Shown: piece after piece, positions 25,005 through 39,625 of the stretch
How positions within the stretch are numbered: the stretch's first letter is position 1
Layout of the letters: each line of letters starts with the position of its first letter
From: the human T2T-CHM13v2.0 reference genome, Homo sapiens
Strand: one strand, 5' to 3'
Length of the DNA stretch: 64,000 nt
Assembly: GCF_009914755.1 (NCBI RefSeq)
Contig: NC_060936.1
The notes under the pieces: model-generated
Told to the model about the DNA's origin: nothing
Databases searched by the model: none
Seen by the model: the letters and a program-made list of their open reading frames with translations, nothing else
Position numbers and translations under genes: made by a program

Positions 25005-25300
25005 ATATTCATTTATTCAGCAGCTATTTATTGAGTGCCTACTTTGTGCCCAGTACTACATTAGGTGCTGGGTGTACTGGAGTGACCCAAGCAGACAAGG
25101 CTCCTTTCTTATGGAATGGCAGTGGGATAGGCTAGTAGAAGAGAGAGATATGAAATAATCACCCAAATAAGGAAATTTCATTAGCTCAGTGAAGGCAAAG
25201 GACACTATTAGGGGGTGTATAAAGAGGGCATTTAATTTGGATTTTGAAGATGGGGAAAGACTGAGGATGTGGTAGTAATTTGAGAGAGATCTCAAGGATG
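25005..25300 (-). mobile_element. L2 3' end
   Basis: attcatttattcagcagctatttattgagtgcctactttgtgccc. Confidence 0.8.
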
Positions 25301-25319
25301 TGTTGGAGCTGGTGAAGAT

Positions 25320-25520
25320 ATAGTTGGAATGTGGAATAGGAGACAAAGACCTGGCTTGTCTTCTCAGCTTTGTGACTTATCATGTTACCTTCACACTAAA
25401 GACTTAACTTCTTTGAGCCTCAATTTCTTCATCTGTAAAATGGTGCAGTTATAAGACTCAAATGAGATAAAATAGGCAAAGTGTTTTTCAAATCCTAAAA
25501 TGTTAGCGAAAGCTACTTTT
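25320..25520 (+). mobile_element. MIR SINE
   Basis: acttaacttctttgagcctcaatttcttcatctgtaaaatgg. Confidence 0.75.
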
Positions 25521-26199
25521 CCTATTAATTATTCTAGCCCATGGATTCCTTCTCTCCCTTCTCTTAACTGTCTCCTTCTCATATTTCCTGTGCTGGGCTT
25601 CGATGCTGAGGTTTAGTTAATAGTAAAATGCTATGTAGTTACCTTCTTTTAGCCTATGGCTTTCAACATTTTTGAACAATACCTAAAGTAAGAAATATTT
25701 ATGTATTGTGACCTACTACTACTACTACTTCTCCATCCCTTCCTTCCTCCCTCTCCCTCTTACACACACACAAACCTGAAAAAAAATTTAAGGAAATAAT
25801 TCTTATTATTTATTACATACTCTGATATTTTTCATTCCATTCCATTCTGTTCCCCAAAAACAACAAGTCAAGATCCATTAAACAGATGTCACTGCTTACG
25901 AAGGAATTGCAACTCATAATTTGAACAAGATTGATTTAGATAATATAATACCTGAAATCCTTTGGAAACCTTATAGGGGTCACGCAATCTTTTTTTAATG
26001 TGTGTGTGTGTGAGGTCTGTTGTACAAGGAAATTATTTCTCTTTGAGACTGATTATTAATGTTCATTTCAAAACATCTATGGTGCCTATGGCAATGAGAC
26101 TGTCTCCCAGAGTTGGCAAAGATGTGATCCCTCAAAAGGGCTCTGTATTCCCTGCAGTTCTGACATCTCTGGAGTCAGTGAAGAACTGTGGCAAAGGAT

Positions 26200-26717
26200 C
26201 TATATCCATTAACCATTATTATGATAATACTGAATAACAAACAACCCCAAAACCTCAGTGGCATACAGGATTAAGCATTTACTCGTTTATCTAGAATCAG
26301 CTGGGACTTGGCCAGAGCTCTGCTGATCTTGGCTGGGCTCACTCAGTATCTTGGAGTTGGCTGGCTCTTGGCTGATCTAGGTTGTCCTCAATGGGAGCAA
26401 TTGGGATGACTCAGCTGTGCTCCATAAGTCTCTCCTCTTCCAGTAGGCACAGGAATGTGCTTCCTGGCACATTCTCATGACAGTGGTGGAAGTGCCAGAG
26501 AAGGGGCCAGTCCAATCATGCAAGCACTCCAAGCTTCTGATGGCAGCGTATTTGCTAATAGTTCATCAGCCAAAGCCATGCCACATGGATGAGCCCAAAA
26601 TTAAAGATGGGGCAGAATGTCTTATTCTCAGTGGAACAACACTGCTAAGCCACATGATGAAAGGCTGTGGAATTAGGGAACTGTGAATAATTGGGGCCAA
26701 AGACACAATCTATCACA
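26200..26717 (-). mobile_element. MaLR LTR, MLT1H-like
   Basis: taacaaacaaccccaaaacctcagtggc...gctgatcttggctgggctcactca...ccacatggatgagccca. Confidence 0.8.
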
Positions 26718-27907
26718 GCCTCTCTATCTCACGTACATGATCTCTTTCACCCCAAAGAGGCCATTTTATTTTTCAAGTGGGCTCAGATCTGAGTCCTTTA
26801 GGCTGGGCCAGGAATATTTATCTGAAAGAGACATCATGCTGTCCTCCTCATACCCTGGGTAGATTGTCCTCCTTTTACCTATTCCAACCTGAAGTTGCCT
26901 ATAAAGGCCCTCTCTTCCTCAGTGTACATCACTTTAGGAAGGCAGACACTTGCAGGCAGCCTGCTCTGCCAATATCTGAGATGTGCCTGGGCCTACCTGC
27001 ACCCTAGCTACAGGCAAAATTTATATTAAGCCATAACCCACACTGTATTTTTTTCTCCCATTTTTCAGTTCTTCCTAGGAAAAGATTTATAGCATTATAC
27101 TATAGTAGTTTTAGTTGATTCATGAAATTAGATATCTAAATGAGAGATTTTAATGCGTAAAGCTATCAATAGTACAGTACATGTCAAAAATAGCCTTTTG
27201 TTCCGACTTTTCCCCTAATATTTAGCTCTGAATTTCTGGTTGTCTATTGGACGTGTTCCCACATGTTCCCACAAGCACCTGTCCAAGCCACTTCTGTGTT
27301 CCCTGTTTCAACAAGCTGCGTCATCATCCATCCTGCTTCTGAAACACAGAGCAAAGAGTCATCTTTAACCAACCACTCATTTGCAGTCATCATCCCTCAG
27401 TTCTTTTGCTCTTGTGAATAATGGCTGGCACCATTATTCAACCAGACACTGAAATTGTTCTTTGTTCATTTACTGGGCCAGGTTCTATGCTAAGAACTGG
27501 GGATGTGAGGGTGACTAAGACATGACTCTCTCTTTTAGAAGCTCAGTATCTAGCAAAGGAGGTGAACTGTGAACACATAACTCACAATGTAATGTGCACC
27601 TATGAACACAGTGTTCTCTTCCACCCTTCCCACATCTAATTGCTCATCAATTCTTGCTCATTCTACCTCACAAATGTCCCTCAAGTCTATGCTCTTTTCT
27701 TTAGTCCTGTGGTCATTGCCATGGATCAAGTCTTTCTACTTTCTTGCCGGGGCAGGGGTAGTAGTTCCTGGCTGGCCTTCCTATCTTCACTCTTTTCCCA
27801 GTCTATTCCAACCCCCACCCCCACCACGTGTTGTCATTGTCTAAAACACTGATCTGAATCTGTGATTCCTTGGCTTATAAGCCATCATGGACTTGGTGGT
27901 CCTCAGT

Positions 27908-28456
27908 AAGTAAAACATAGAATTACCATATGACCCAACTATTCCACTCTGGGTATATATCCAAAAGAATTGAAAACAGGTATTCAAACAAACATTTGTA
28001 ACAAATGTTCATAGCAGCACTAGTCACAATAGCCAAAAGGTAAAAACAGCCCAAATGTCCATCCATGGATGAATGGATAAACAAAATGTGGTATAATATA
28101 TTATACAATGGTATATTATTCAGCTGTAGAAGGAATTAAGTACTGATACATGCTACAACATGGATGAACCTTGGAAACATAGTGCTAAGTGAAATAAGCC
28201 AGGCACAAAATACCACATCTTGTATGATTCCATTTATATGAAATAGAGTAGTCAAATCCATAGAGACAGAAAGCAGATTTGTGATTGCCAGGGGAGGGGA
28301 GAATGAGGAATGACTGCTTAATGTGTACAGGGTTTCCTTTTGTGGTGATGAAAATGTTTTGGAACTGGGTAGTGATGATGGTTGTACATTATGAATGTAC
28401 TGAATGTCACTAATGGTAAATTTGATGTTATGTGCATTTTATCACAATAAAATAAA
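27908..28456 (+). mobile_element. L1MB 3' end inserted within L2 remnants
   Basis: catagaattaccatatgaccc...ggatgaatggataaacaaaatgtgg...atcacaataaaa. Confidence 0.9.
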
Positions 28457-29590
28457 TGTGTGTCCTTCTATACCTGCAAAACCCATCAATGATCTCTGGC
28501 AACCTGTAGTTTGAGTCCAGATTTCATAGTGTGGGGTTCATGCCCCTCATGGTCTAACCTGGCCTATCTTTTTAGCTCTGTTGCTCTCAAGCATCCTGCA
28601 TTCCAGCTCTTCCTGGTGTACTGTTAACATTTTTGCTTATGCTCATCCCTCACCTGGAGTGCCTTGTTTCCCTTCTTTCTTGCTTGGTGAAATCCAAAGT
28701 CTGGTTCAGATGCCGATTCCTCCTCAAGGGCTTCCTCATACCCCATGCTTCTTCCTGTGTGATCCCATAGCACCTTATTCAGATGATTAGCCACCATGAA
28801 TCATAGTTGAGTGTGTATCTCTGCCTTGCCAGATGGTGAGCACCATGCAGGGAGAATGTCTGATTTGAATTTGGATCCCTCTAGCCTTGTGTTTGATGCA
28901 TAATAGTTGATCAATATTTATTGAATTAAATGACTTGATTATTTAAGTCTAGGTTCTATCCTGAAGCTAATGCTGTGTCCCTAATCCTTAATTTAAAATG
29001 CTGTAATGATCACTATGCCTGTACTTTGTTTACGATCATTTTTTATTATCTTCATCTAATTACCATTAATTGTCTTAGCTAATAGCAAATTTCTTCCTAG
29101 TTTGCTTGCACCTGCTTAACCCAAATATTTGTTTTCTTGGCAGTTTGAGCACTCACTTAGCTTTCACCTGTTTTCAAGTTTGCTAACAGTGCAGCTGATG
29201 TTCTCTCCTCTCCCTTTGCTATCCAAAGTCCCTTGAAACCTTAACATTTAACCACTTTCTCTGTGCTAGGGGGAATGTGACAGAGGACGAGTCTTCCACT
29301 GTTTTGTTAGAGGATCTTTGGGTCTTAGGATGACATAGTTTGCAAAGAGATTCTGAATAGTTATCACTAGGAGAAATAAAGTAGTTTTCCTTCTTTAATC
29401 TCAAGTCAGGGAGTCTTCACATGTCATTATTTTAATTACGTTTATTATTTTTTCAAGTGTCAGATACATTTTTCTTATTAATTAAAATGCAATTACAAAA
29501 TTCTAAAAGTTATATTGAAGTGCTTTTAAATGCTTTATATTATCCATCTATACTGCTGGTGTCGAATTACAACATAGTAAGGGCTGTTAA

Positions 29591-30037
<447 letters not shown>

Positions 30038-30059
30038 TCAACTTGTTTTTTTCACTTGT

Positions 30060-30860
30060 TTTCTCTGACTCTTTGGTGGATATTTCAACTCTTGGGAGAT
30101 CTCCTCCTTGAAGCTCTTCAGACGTGGGTTCTGTCCCACTTCTCTGTTCTACTTCTTCTTTTCCTTGCCTAATCCTTCTTCATGTCACTTAAATGTCAGT
30201 GCGTCTCAAATGCTTGTCCTTGGCTCTTCTTTCTTGCTCTCTCTGCTTTTCCTGGTCTTGTCCACCACTACCCCTATTTCACCTGCAATCTGTATTCTGT
30301 ACTTTTATCTCAGACCTCCAACCTGAACTTCTCTGACTTCCTTCTAGACATTTCCATCTGGGATGTCCTGCAGGCACTCTGACTCAGATTAGCCAAAAAT
30401 CGTCCTGTTGCCTCAGTTTTTTTTTATCTGTCCCTTCTGGAAAATGTGGAACTGTTAGTCTGACGGTTTTTAAAATCTGTCCCTTCTGCATTTTCCAGAA
30501 GGGACAGATAAAAATTGGTGAATGTACCCAGTTGCCCAAGACAGAATCATAGGCTGTCCTCTGCCCTGCTCCTCACATCCAGGTGGTAAGCCTGTTGAGT
30601 CTATCTCCTTCTATCCCCAATCTCCCTGCCTTGGTTCAAAGCCTTGTCACCTTTGACTGGACCATTACTTTGTCACTTGTCTTCCTTGGAGTCCCTCTCA
30701 TTTTCCATATGGCTGTCGACTTAATCTCTCTAAAGCGCAAATCTGGTATGTCACTTCCTTTTGTAAAACTTTTTAGTTGTTCCCAATTGTGTTGTCTAGA
30801 GAACAAAGTTTATTCTCTGTAATGCTTCATGATTGGGCCTCTGCCCAATATTATCTTCGA
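30060..30860 (+). mobile_element. Degenerate L2
   Basis: ctagacatttccatctgggatgtcc...cccagttgcccaag...aatctctctaaagcgcaaatctg. Confidence 0.6.
30421..30514. repeat. Perfect 26-bp inverted repeat with an internal third partial copy
   Basis: tttttatctgtcccttctggaaaatg (30421-30446) is the reverse complement of 30489-30514; atctgtcccttctg recurs at 30475-30488. Confidence 0.95.
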
Positions 30861-32042
30861 TTACTCCTACATACTCTTCTTTTTCTCTTGTAACTACAAA
30901 GGTGGGCCTGATTGTGAAGGCCTTGGATACCGTATACCATGAACTTGACTTTATGGAGGGTGGAGCCACTGCTGACTTTGCATTCAAGGAGAGTGAATTT
31001 CAATATTGGAAAAAACCTTTGAAGGCCACTGAGTCCACTTGCTCCGTTAGTTCCTGATAAGTGGATGTCCAGTCTCTGAACACAGACTGCCAACCTGCCT
31101 ACTGTTCTTTGTTCTTCTTTATAAAATGGGAACAGTACCAACTTTCACACAAACATATTGTAAAGTCTAAAGTGCCGTTAAATTTATCAAGGGCAATTGT
31201 CTCACCTTTCTTTTGGATTCCTTTGCTTTTATGGTTTCTGTAGGAGTTTTTCCTCCTCTGTGGGTCTTCATCCATCTATGTCTATTTTACTCTTTTCGCC
31301 CATCTGCTATGATCAATTTGTATGTATTGTTCACTCCTTCAAGGACTGTGGATTTTAATATAAAGAAATAAAATTCAACACTCAAAACTTCCTTTAAAAA
31401 GAAAAGGCAGAAAAGATCGTGAGGATCACACCATACCCAGAAATGTCCTAAACAGGCTCTTTGGATCAGAGACTGGCAATTGAGGGCCATGTGACAGGTT
31501 CTTCCTTCTTCAGCCTCCAGCTTGTCTAACTGCAATGCTCTGATTCAGAATTGCACTGCTCATGGAAAGATTTTGGCCCCAGAGTCACCTGCCCGCGGTC
31601 TTGGCTCATTCAGAATTAGAGTAAGGCTGACATTGAACTGTACTTGAATGTGAGTTGTTAGTGCAGATGGTGGCCTTGGTGTGTAATGCTTGCCATGTGA
31701 CTGGTGCCTGGGAGCAGATGGGCACCTTCTTTCTGTACCAGATGACACTCCAATCTTCCTCAAAGGCACAAGTGCAAGTGGAGTGAGGCAGTCTGGAGCC
31801 AGCAAAGCAAGGGGAGGCATAACCTTAGAGCTAGTCACCAGCATTCTGTCCTCTCTGGAGAGAATTGCTGGGGATGTATCCTTAGGTGCAAGTCTGGGAT
31901 TTGGTTCCTGAGAGGATTTGTTATTCTCTTAAATGTTGTGATCCCATAATGACAGCTGACACTTATATCACTCTAAAGAATTGACAGTGTGCTTTCCCAC
32001 ACATGACCCTGTTTGATGTTCATATTGACCCTGTAAAGGAGT

Positions 32043-32480
32043 TATATTAATTTCTTAGGACCGCCACAACAGAGGACCACAAGCTGGATGACCTAAAACA
32101 ACAGAAATCTATTCCTTCACAGTTCTGAAGGCCAGAAGTTTGAAATAAAAATGTCAACAGGCTCTGCTCTCTCTGAAGATTCTGAGGGAGAATCCTTTCT
32201 TTCCTGTTCCAGCTTCTGGTGACTCCTGGAATTCTTTGGTTTGTGACAACATTACTCAAGTTTCTACCTCTGTCTACACATGGCCTTCTCTTTGTGTCTG
32301 TCTTCCCTTTTTCTGTCTCTTATACAAACACCTGTCATTGGACTTAAAATCCATCCTAATTCAGGATGCTCGAGATCCTTAATCTTAACTATATGTGCAA
32401 AGACCCTTGTTCAAAATAAAGTCACTTTCTGAGGGTCCAGATGGGCATATATTTTGGGAGGCACTATTTAACTCACCACA
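32043..32480 (-). mobile_element. MaLR LTR, MLT1C/B-like, inserted into a MIR
   Basis: aaacaacagaaatctattccttcacagttctgaaggccagaag...tgcaaagacccttgttcaaaataaagtcac; MIR halves on both sides. Confidence 0.85.
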
Positions 32481-33289
32481 CTTGGTATTAGTATCCTCAT
32501 TTGAGGATATGGAAACCTAGAGATGGTAGGTGTTTTACACAGAGACACATTGGACCATGGACTCTAACTCAAGTTTTTGGATGCCAAATCTTACATGCTT
32601 TCTGCTGCATCATATTAGTCTCTCAATATGTGGGTGTTTTTGTGTGGTGAGAATGTTGCTTTCCTTTCGTGTATTTATTTAGCACCTACTACATGCCTGA
32701 TGAAGTATATATATTTTTGTTCAACTAAGAACAGACTGAAAAATTGGAGCTTTCTTATCTTCGTGGCTGAGACTAGAATCAGGAGAAAGCAAGTCAATGA
32801 TGAATTCTTATCTTGGCTCAGTCATTTCTTTCTCCTTGTTCTTCTCTTTCCCACATCTTCAGGGATATCAAGAGGGACTGGGCACAGCTTAGCTTCTAGG
32901 GTTATGTGGTCAGTGTGATTGAGCTAACTTGGTAAGACCCGAGAACCCTCCCACATGCCTGCTAAATGGGAGCTATGCTGCTTCCTTCATTCCCTGGACA
33001 GAAGATACCTACATGCCAAGCCTAAAGCTTGAAAGGAAGTGTAAATATGAACTACTTTTTCAGTTTCTTAGCACATTTCTTAGGAGGGCCAGGTGAAACT
33101 GTGCTAGAGGTCAAGGTTGTGATGTACCATTTTGAGCCCGTTTCCCCATGGAACACCCAGTGTCTATTGCTAACCTGTTCTCTGGGCCTCCCCTGCTGGG
33201 GTAGTTTCCCATGCTCCCAAGGTTTTCCTTTCTTCTTCCCCCCATATAAAGACTTTATAGTCTCATGTGCTACTTTGTCAAACATTTGT

Positions 33290-33510
33290 TTCTTTTTATT
33301 TATGTAAACATTTTATGAAATATTTCAGACATGTGAAAGGGCATAAAAACAATATGACAAGAACACACATACCCAGCACTCACCTGCAGACATCAGACAT
33401 GACTGATAGCTTTGAGGCCCCCATGTACCCCTCTCCTCCCTGTCAGAGGTAACTGTTGTTCTGAATTTGGAGTTTGCCATTCCCACGCATTTCTTTACAA
33501 TCTTACTTCA
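33290..33510 (-). mobile_element. L1ME 3' end fragment
   Basis: ttttatgaaatatttcagacat...cagaggtaactgttgttctgaattt. Confidence 0.6.
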
Positions 33511-34684
33511 TTGCCTCTATTCTTGTGTGACACAGTCTTGATCCTAAAGGAACACTGGACTTCAGCAGGCTTTAAAGAAGGTCATTTGGAGTGACGTTTA
33601 GGAGAGATTTTGGGGGCTAATATTCATTGAATACCTACTATGTATTGCCTTCTGTGTTTTCCATGAGCTTTCACTGACAGCAGCCCTCTCTGTTTGGAGT
33701 CATTATCCTTGTTTGACAGCCAAGAAAATAGAAAGCAGAGATGGTGAATAACCTCCCCAAAGTCTAACAGCTGATACCTATTTGACTCCATCATGTGTTT
33801 CTCCTCAAATTGAAGCTCCTTTCTCTCTCAGTGAGAGGTGAAGAGGGCGCTGGTCAGGAGTGCTGGATGTGTGATTTAGACTGAGTGTCCAACCTCTCTG
33901 ATCTTTCCTGTTCTCTAAAATGAGGAGTATTGAGTCAATCCCTAAGACTTTTCCTGTTTTAAAATTCTATGCATCTCTTAGAAATCTGTGGATATAAATG
34001 CTTTATGCTGTGGAGTCTCATTTCAGGCCCTTCCCCTCTAGTCTTGTAAAACGTTCAGGTAGATATCACTTTATCACTCAGAACTTCGTTTTGGTTACAC
34101 CCATGTCAGTTTGCAGCTCCTCTTCTGTTCTGCAGGCTTGGAGGAAGATTTCTATACATCGTCATGGGCCAGCCCAAGAGGTGAGAAATGCCAAATACTC
34201 AAGCTGGCTTGCCCATCTTCTCCTTGCCATCTGTACCTTTTGGGCTTGTTTGGATAGCGAAGTCAAGGTGGAGAAACTCATCAAGGTGGAACATGGTCCT
34301 TTCTGGGTAAAGAGAGACTCAGGCTAAGTTTGAAGTAGGCACTCTCCTGCTTCTCATCCTATGTATCTTAACTTTCTCCCTTCTTCTTTCTCTGGGAGAG
34401 TTCTTTCTCTTGCCCCTTTGGCTACCAGGGACTTCCTTAATGCCTCTAGCCATTAACGGCAAAGCCTATCTTTGTGGTGCCTTTTGCTCCATCCCTCCTT
34501 TTCTTTTTCTTTTGTTCCAACTCCTAACTGTATTTCCCCCACTCCAAGCAAAACCCCAATTCTCCCTAGATCCTCAGTGGTGGAGGAAGGAAGGCATCTG
34601 TCTAGAAGGCATGAAGAAGTTTTGGCTGCTTAAGCCCCAGGCCTATGTCTCATCTCTTGGGGTGATTTCCAGTGGATCCTTAGC

Positions 34685-35217
34685 ATTAGGGGTCCCCAAG
34701 ACCACTTCCAGATTTGGTGATTTGCTAGGAAGACTCACAAGGCTCAGCACATACTCACAGCTAAGATTTATCATAACAAAAGAATACAAAATGAAATCAG
34801 CCAAGTTTCCAGAAAAGGTGGATGGGGCAAATTCTGGAGGAAATCAGGAACAAACTTTTAGAAGTTTTCCCAGAGTGGAATCACACAGGATGAGCTTAAT
34901 TCCTTCAGCATGAATTGTGACAACATGTGTGAAGTGTCTTCCAGTGAAGCTCCTTAAAGACTTAGCACCCAGGGATTTTATTGGCCGTGTAGGTACCTCT
35001 GCTTAGCATGTGCAAAAATCCCAGGAAAGTGGGTGTTCAACATAAACCACATTGCCTGCACAAACTGTTTAGGCACAGTGAGCCACTCTTATCAGTTAGA
35101 GATTTGAGAAAAGCCTTCTGAAATCTAAGTTCTTAGATGCCAGTCATGTGCCAACCCTGCAAGCAAGACTTCCTAAGGAAAGCAATCTCAGGCCTGTTAT
35201 GTTGACTTTTCTGCACA
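34685..35217 (-). mobile_element. ERVL LTR, MER21-like
   Basis: ggggtccccaagaccac...ctaggaagactcacaaggctcagca...tcaggcctgttatgttgacttttctgcaca. Confidence 0.75.
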
Positions 35218-36129
35218 ATTCTAGTCTTCTTTCCCTACCTAGGTCCTAGTTTCTCAGCTGTTCTCTGAATCTCTCCCCACCCACCTGTACCCATGGCTCC
35301 AAAGCTGCCCTTCTTTCTCTGCTTCTGGGTTTTTCCTTTCCAGAGCTCATAGTGGAAGAAGCTATGACCTCTCCTGCCCTCCAGTGTACTTGCCTCTCCT
35401 TCACTGAGCACACAGAGGCTTTATTATTAATCACTAGGGGGAAAGGGGCTGTAACAAAAGTAGTAGAAACCTTACAAAGTTCCCTTAATTGTGAGCATAT
35501 CCTGCTTCCATTTCTTACTCTTCAAAAGTCATTTTTATAAGGTGCTGGAGGCTTTCCAGATGATTCTAAATGCTGGGATTTTCAGGACCCAGTAACTAAC
35601 CCACCAGAGTTTGGAACAGTTGAGAGGCAGGTGCAGATGCTCAGCATATGGAGGTGAAAATACCACCTTTTTTCCTGATAGAGCTGTGGGGAGAATGTGG
35701 CCCGAATTGGATAATGCTTCCCTCTGCGCTTTCCATCCAGGCCCCAGAACTAGCCACCTCAGGCACAATTTGAGCCAATAGAGCAACCACTGATATGTGC
35801 TGGTCCCAGTGGAGAGGGAAGAAAGGAGACCAGAATCTCTAGTGCTTTTGACTTTTGACTAGACTACCTTTTCCCAGTTGAAAAGCAAGGCTCCCCTGGC
35901 AAGGGCAGGTGACCAGAAGGATCAGTTATTCTAGAAAGTTCTCCACATGAAAACCCAGAGACATGAGAACAAGTGCTTACTTCCCTGGGGACAAGTGCAC
36001 ATCTTCAACACTAGATGATACTGTAGTCAAAGGAAAGTGCAAGTGGGCTCTCTGCTTGGCTGGCGGAGGTCTCAGGCCCTTCCAGAACCTGCTCAATTTC
36101 TCTCTGGATCAGGCCTTAGAAAAACAAGA

Positions 36130-36500
36130 AGTTCTAATATTGACATGTCCTGAACACATACTCTGTGCCATGCCTCGTCTGTGGACATGCATTAATCCAC
36201 TAGAATGCAGTTTCCATGTGGGCAGGGAGTTCTTCCTGTTTAGTTCGCTGCTGAGTCCTCAGCACTAAAACAGTGCCCAGAACATAGTAGGCGCCTAGTG
36301 GATGTTTGTTGAATGAATCATTTATTCCACTGAGTCTTCAGAACAGCCTTTTGAAGTACTAGATGAGATATTGGTTTCATTTTACAGATGAGAAATCTAA
36401 GTCAGTGAGATTAAATAATTTGCCCAAGACATGGAACCTAGTAAATGGGTGAGCAGGGATTTGAACCAGCGTTGTCTGGTTATAGTCATAGGGGTCTTCA
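36130..36500. mobile_element. L2a 3' end (+, about 36195-36320) nested in MIR (-)
   Basis: ccactagaatgcagtttccatgtgggcaggga...tttgttgaatgaat; cattttacagatgagaaa. Confidence 0.75.
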
Positions 36501-38761
36501 AAAACCATGCCTGCTTGGCTTGCCTTTAGAATTCTGGATATGGCATACTCTACTGGCAGGGAGTTTGTCTTGTGTAATTTTTGCTCAGTGTCAGCATTGG
36601 AGCCTAGTTTCTCTGGACTCCATATGGCCACAAGGGTCTGTACCCACTGAACAGAAACCCACAGGCGTGGCAGCACTATCACCCCAGGAGCCAGTGGGTA
36701 CTGCCCCTGCAACAGATTTGAGTAACAGATTTTTTCTTATTTTGAAGCAGTTGAGCCATAACAGAAACAAAGTAGGCATATTTCCACCAAGCAAAAAGGT
36801 TAAATGGACACATATTTCACACTAAAGATCAAGTACTCCAGAGGGTATTTGATACTCAGGTAAGCAGAATCTCTAGTGCTTTTGACTAGCCCTTGCTGTG
36901 CTAGCCCAGCTCTCCAGCTCCTTACACATCATTCCCCTTCTCCATCCACAGTCACCTGTTTACAAATGGCTGACTTTCAAATGGGCAGCTCTTGCCAGAG
37001 CCTCCTTATCTCCCCCAGTCCTGCTGCAGGAGCAGCTGGTGTCTGGTATACTGCTCCCTTTTCAGTTCACATAGGCTTGGGTGTTTTATTTCGGGTCATG
37101 TGGGCTTTCATGAATTGACCTTGAATTTTGCCACCACTTATAACCCCATTTCTCCCATTCATCTATCAATCCTTCTTTATTGAGGACATGTTGGGTTTTG
37201 TGTTATGATGTCCTGGCACTATAAGGTGAATATACTTACTCCCATAGTCACATGGAGAGCTTGTTTTCTGGGTTTTAAACAAAAGGCCTAGGAACCACTT
37301 TTTTTTTTTAAATTTTTAAATCAAAGACCAACTGTTATGTATCTCAAGTTCCTTTAGGATTTGATTCTTGCCTTTGTTTCCTGTTGGGGTAGAGAATAGC
37401 AGGATGTAGTACTTGGGTGAGCACTATGTCAAGACTCATATTTTTCCATTGCTACAATTCCACAAGATCTCAAGTAGTGTGTATCTAGGCATTCTGCAAA
37501 TAAGAGCTTGAATATCTTCTGCTATTGTCATTTTTAAATGCAATTTCATTACATTAATAACATTCAGCTTCTATCATAAAAATGGTTCTCAAAGGCAGCT
37601 AATATACAGTGCAATATGGCATTATTGGATATGAACTACTTAGATTTGTCTAAGATTCTCTGACAAAGCAGTTCTGGAACTGGAACTTAACTATCTAGGA
37701 ACCCAGCTCAAGATCCTGACTCCCTCCACAAGAAGTTTACTTTGCTCTGCCGTCAGGACATCAGTAATGTGTTTATGCCTCAGAGTTCTAAGAAAACTCA
37801 AGATTTTGCTAAATGTTTATTTCATCTCAGGACATTTCTTTTTATAAGTAAATAAAGCAATTTGACATTTTTACTCACTTTAATTATCCTTCTCAGAACA
37901 CTTTCTCCTTGCAAACTCTAATAGCAACAATAACAGTATAATCAAGCAAGCAATACCATTAACACATATAATCAGCAATGGTTGCTGAAGTTACCTCTTG
38001 CATTCTCCAATAAGAGTGTGAGCAACGGTATTTGTTTTTACTTTATACATAATCAGCACATGTTTGATTAAATGATGCTCCAAGGAAGCATATAAACAAA
38101 AATGGTCACCTGGTAATTACCTTAGCTGTCCATGGCTGTTAGGAGACTTTTCCCACAGTTTAAATGCAGCCTGCAGTTAAGTATATTAGGTCTCCTTAGA
38201 GGCTGACTTGATCATGGTGTATAATCTTTAAATGTTCTGTTTAATTCATTGTGCTGATATTTTGTTGAGATTTTTGCATGTGCATTCATCAGGAATATTG
38301 GCCTGCAATATTCTTTTCTTGTAGTGTCCTCATCTGGCTTTGGTATTAGGGTAATGCTGGCCTCATAAAATGAGTTTGGAATTGTTTCTTCTTCAATTTT
38401 TTTGAAAGGGTTTAAGAGGGATTGGTTTTAATCCTTTAAATGTTTGGTAGACTTTACCAGTGGAGACATCAGCTCCTGGGCTTTTATTTGTTGGAAGGTT
38501 TCGATTGCTGATTCAATCTCCTTTCTTGTTATTCTTCTGTTCCGAGATTCTATTTCTTCATGATTCAGTCTTGGTAGTTTGTATGTTTCTGGGAACTTAT
38601 TTCTGTTAGATTATTGGTGTATAATTATCTGTACTCTCTTATGACCCTTTGTATTTCTGTGGTCTTGGTCCTGATACTTTCTCATTCATTTATAATTCTA
38701 TTTGAGTATTCTCTTGTTTTCCAAGCCTAGCTAATGATTTGTCAGTTCTGTTTATATTTTC

Positions 38762-39065
38762 TTTCTTTCTTTTTTTTTTTTTTTTTGAGACAGGGTTCTA
38801 CTCTGTCACCCAGGTTGGAGTGCAGTGGCATGATCAGTAGCTCATGCAGCCTCAGCCTTCCAGGCTTAAACAATCCTCCCACTGCAGCCTCCTGAGTAGC
38901 TGGGACCATAGACATAGGCTACTATGCCTGGCTAATATTTTTAATTTTGTTTTTTGTAGAGACAAGGTCTTGCCAGGCTGGCTTTGAACTCCTGGGCTCA
39001 AGCGATCTTTCCGCCTTAGCCTCCCAGAATGCTAGGAATTCAGATGTGAGCTACCACGCCTGGCC
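38762..39065 (-). mobile_element. AluJ
   Basis: gagacagggttc...gctcatgcagcctc...gaactcctgggctcaagcgatc. Confidence 0.9.
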
Positions 39066-39124
39066 TTTGTTTATGTTTTCAAAAAAAAAAAAAAGAGTTC
39101 TTAGATTGATCTTTTCTATTTTTA

Positions 39125-39625
39125 AATTTAATTAATTAGATTTTATAAATAATAATTATGTATATTTATGGGGTACAATGTGATGTTTTGATATATGAAT
39201 ACATTGTAGAAGGATTAAATCAAGCTAATAGATATATTATTCACCTCAACTAGTTTTTTTTTTTTGTGGTCAGAACATTTCAAGTCTATTTTAGCAGTTT
39301 TGAAATATACAATGTGTTTTTATTAACTCCGGTCACCATGCTATATAATAAATCTCCAAAATTTATTCATCCTATCTAATTGAAATTTTGTACCCTTTGA
39401 CTAATATCTCCCTTTACCCTATCCCCAGTCTCTGGTAGTCACCATTTTACTCCCTGTTTCTATGAGATTGACTTTGTAAATATTCTACATATAAGTAAGA
39501 TCATGCAGTATTTGCCTTTCTGTGCTTGGCTTATTTTACCTAGCATTCTGTCCTCCAGGTTCATCCAGGTTGTTGCAAATGATAGAATTCCTTTTCTTTT
39601 TAAAGCTATATAGTATTCTGTTGTC
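39125..39625 (-). mobile_element. L1MA 3' end nested in older L1
   Basis: tatatttatggggtacaatgtgatgttttgatat...taagtaagatcatgcagtatttg. Confidence 0.85.

Noticed and set aside
34410-34913. 167-aa ORF
   Set aside because: Non-ATG start, runs into a MER21-like LTR, no splice or protein-family support
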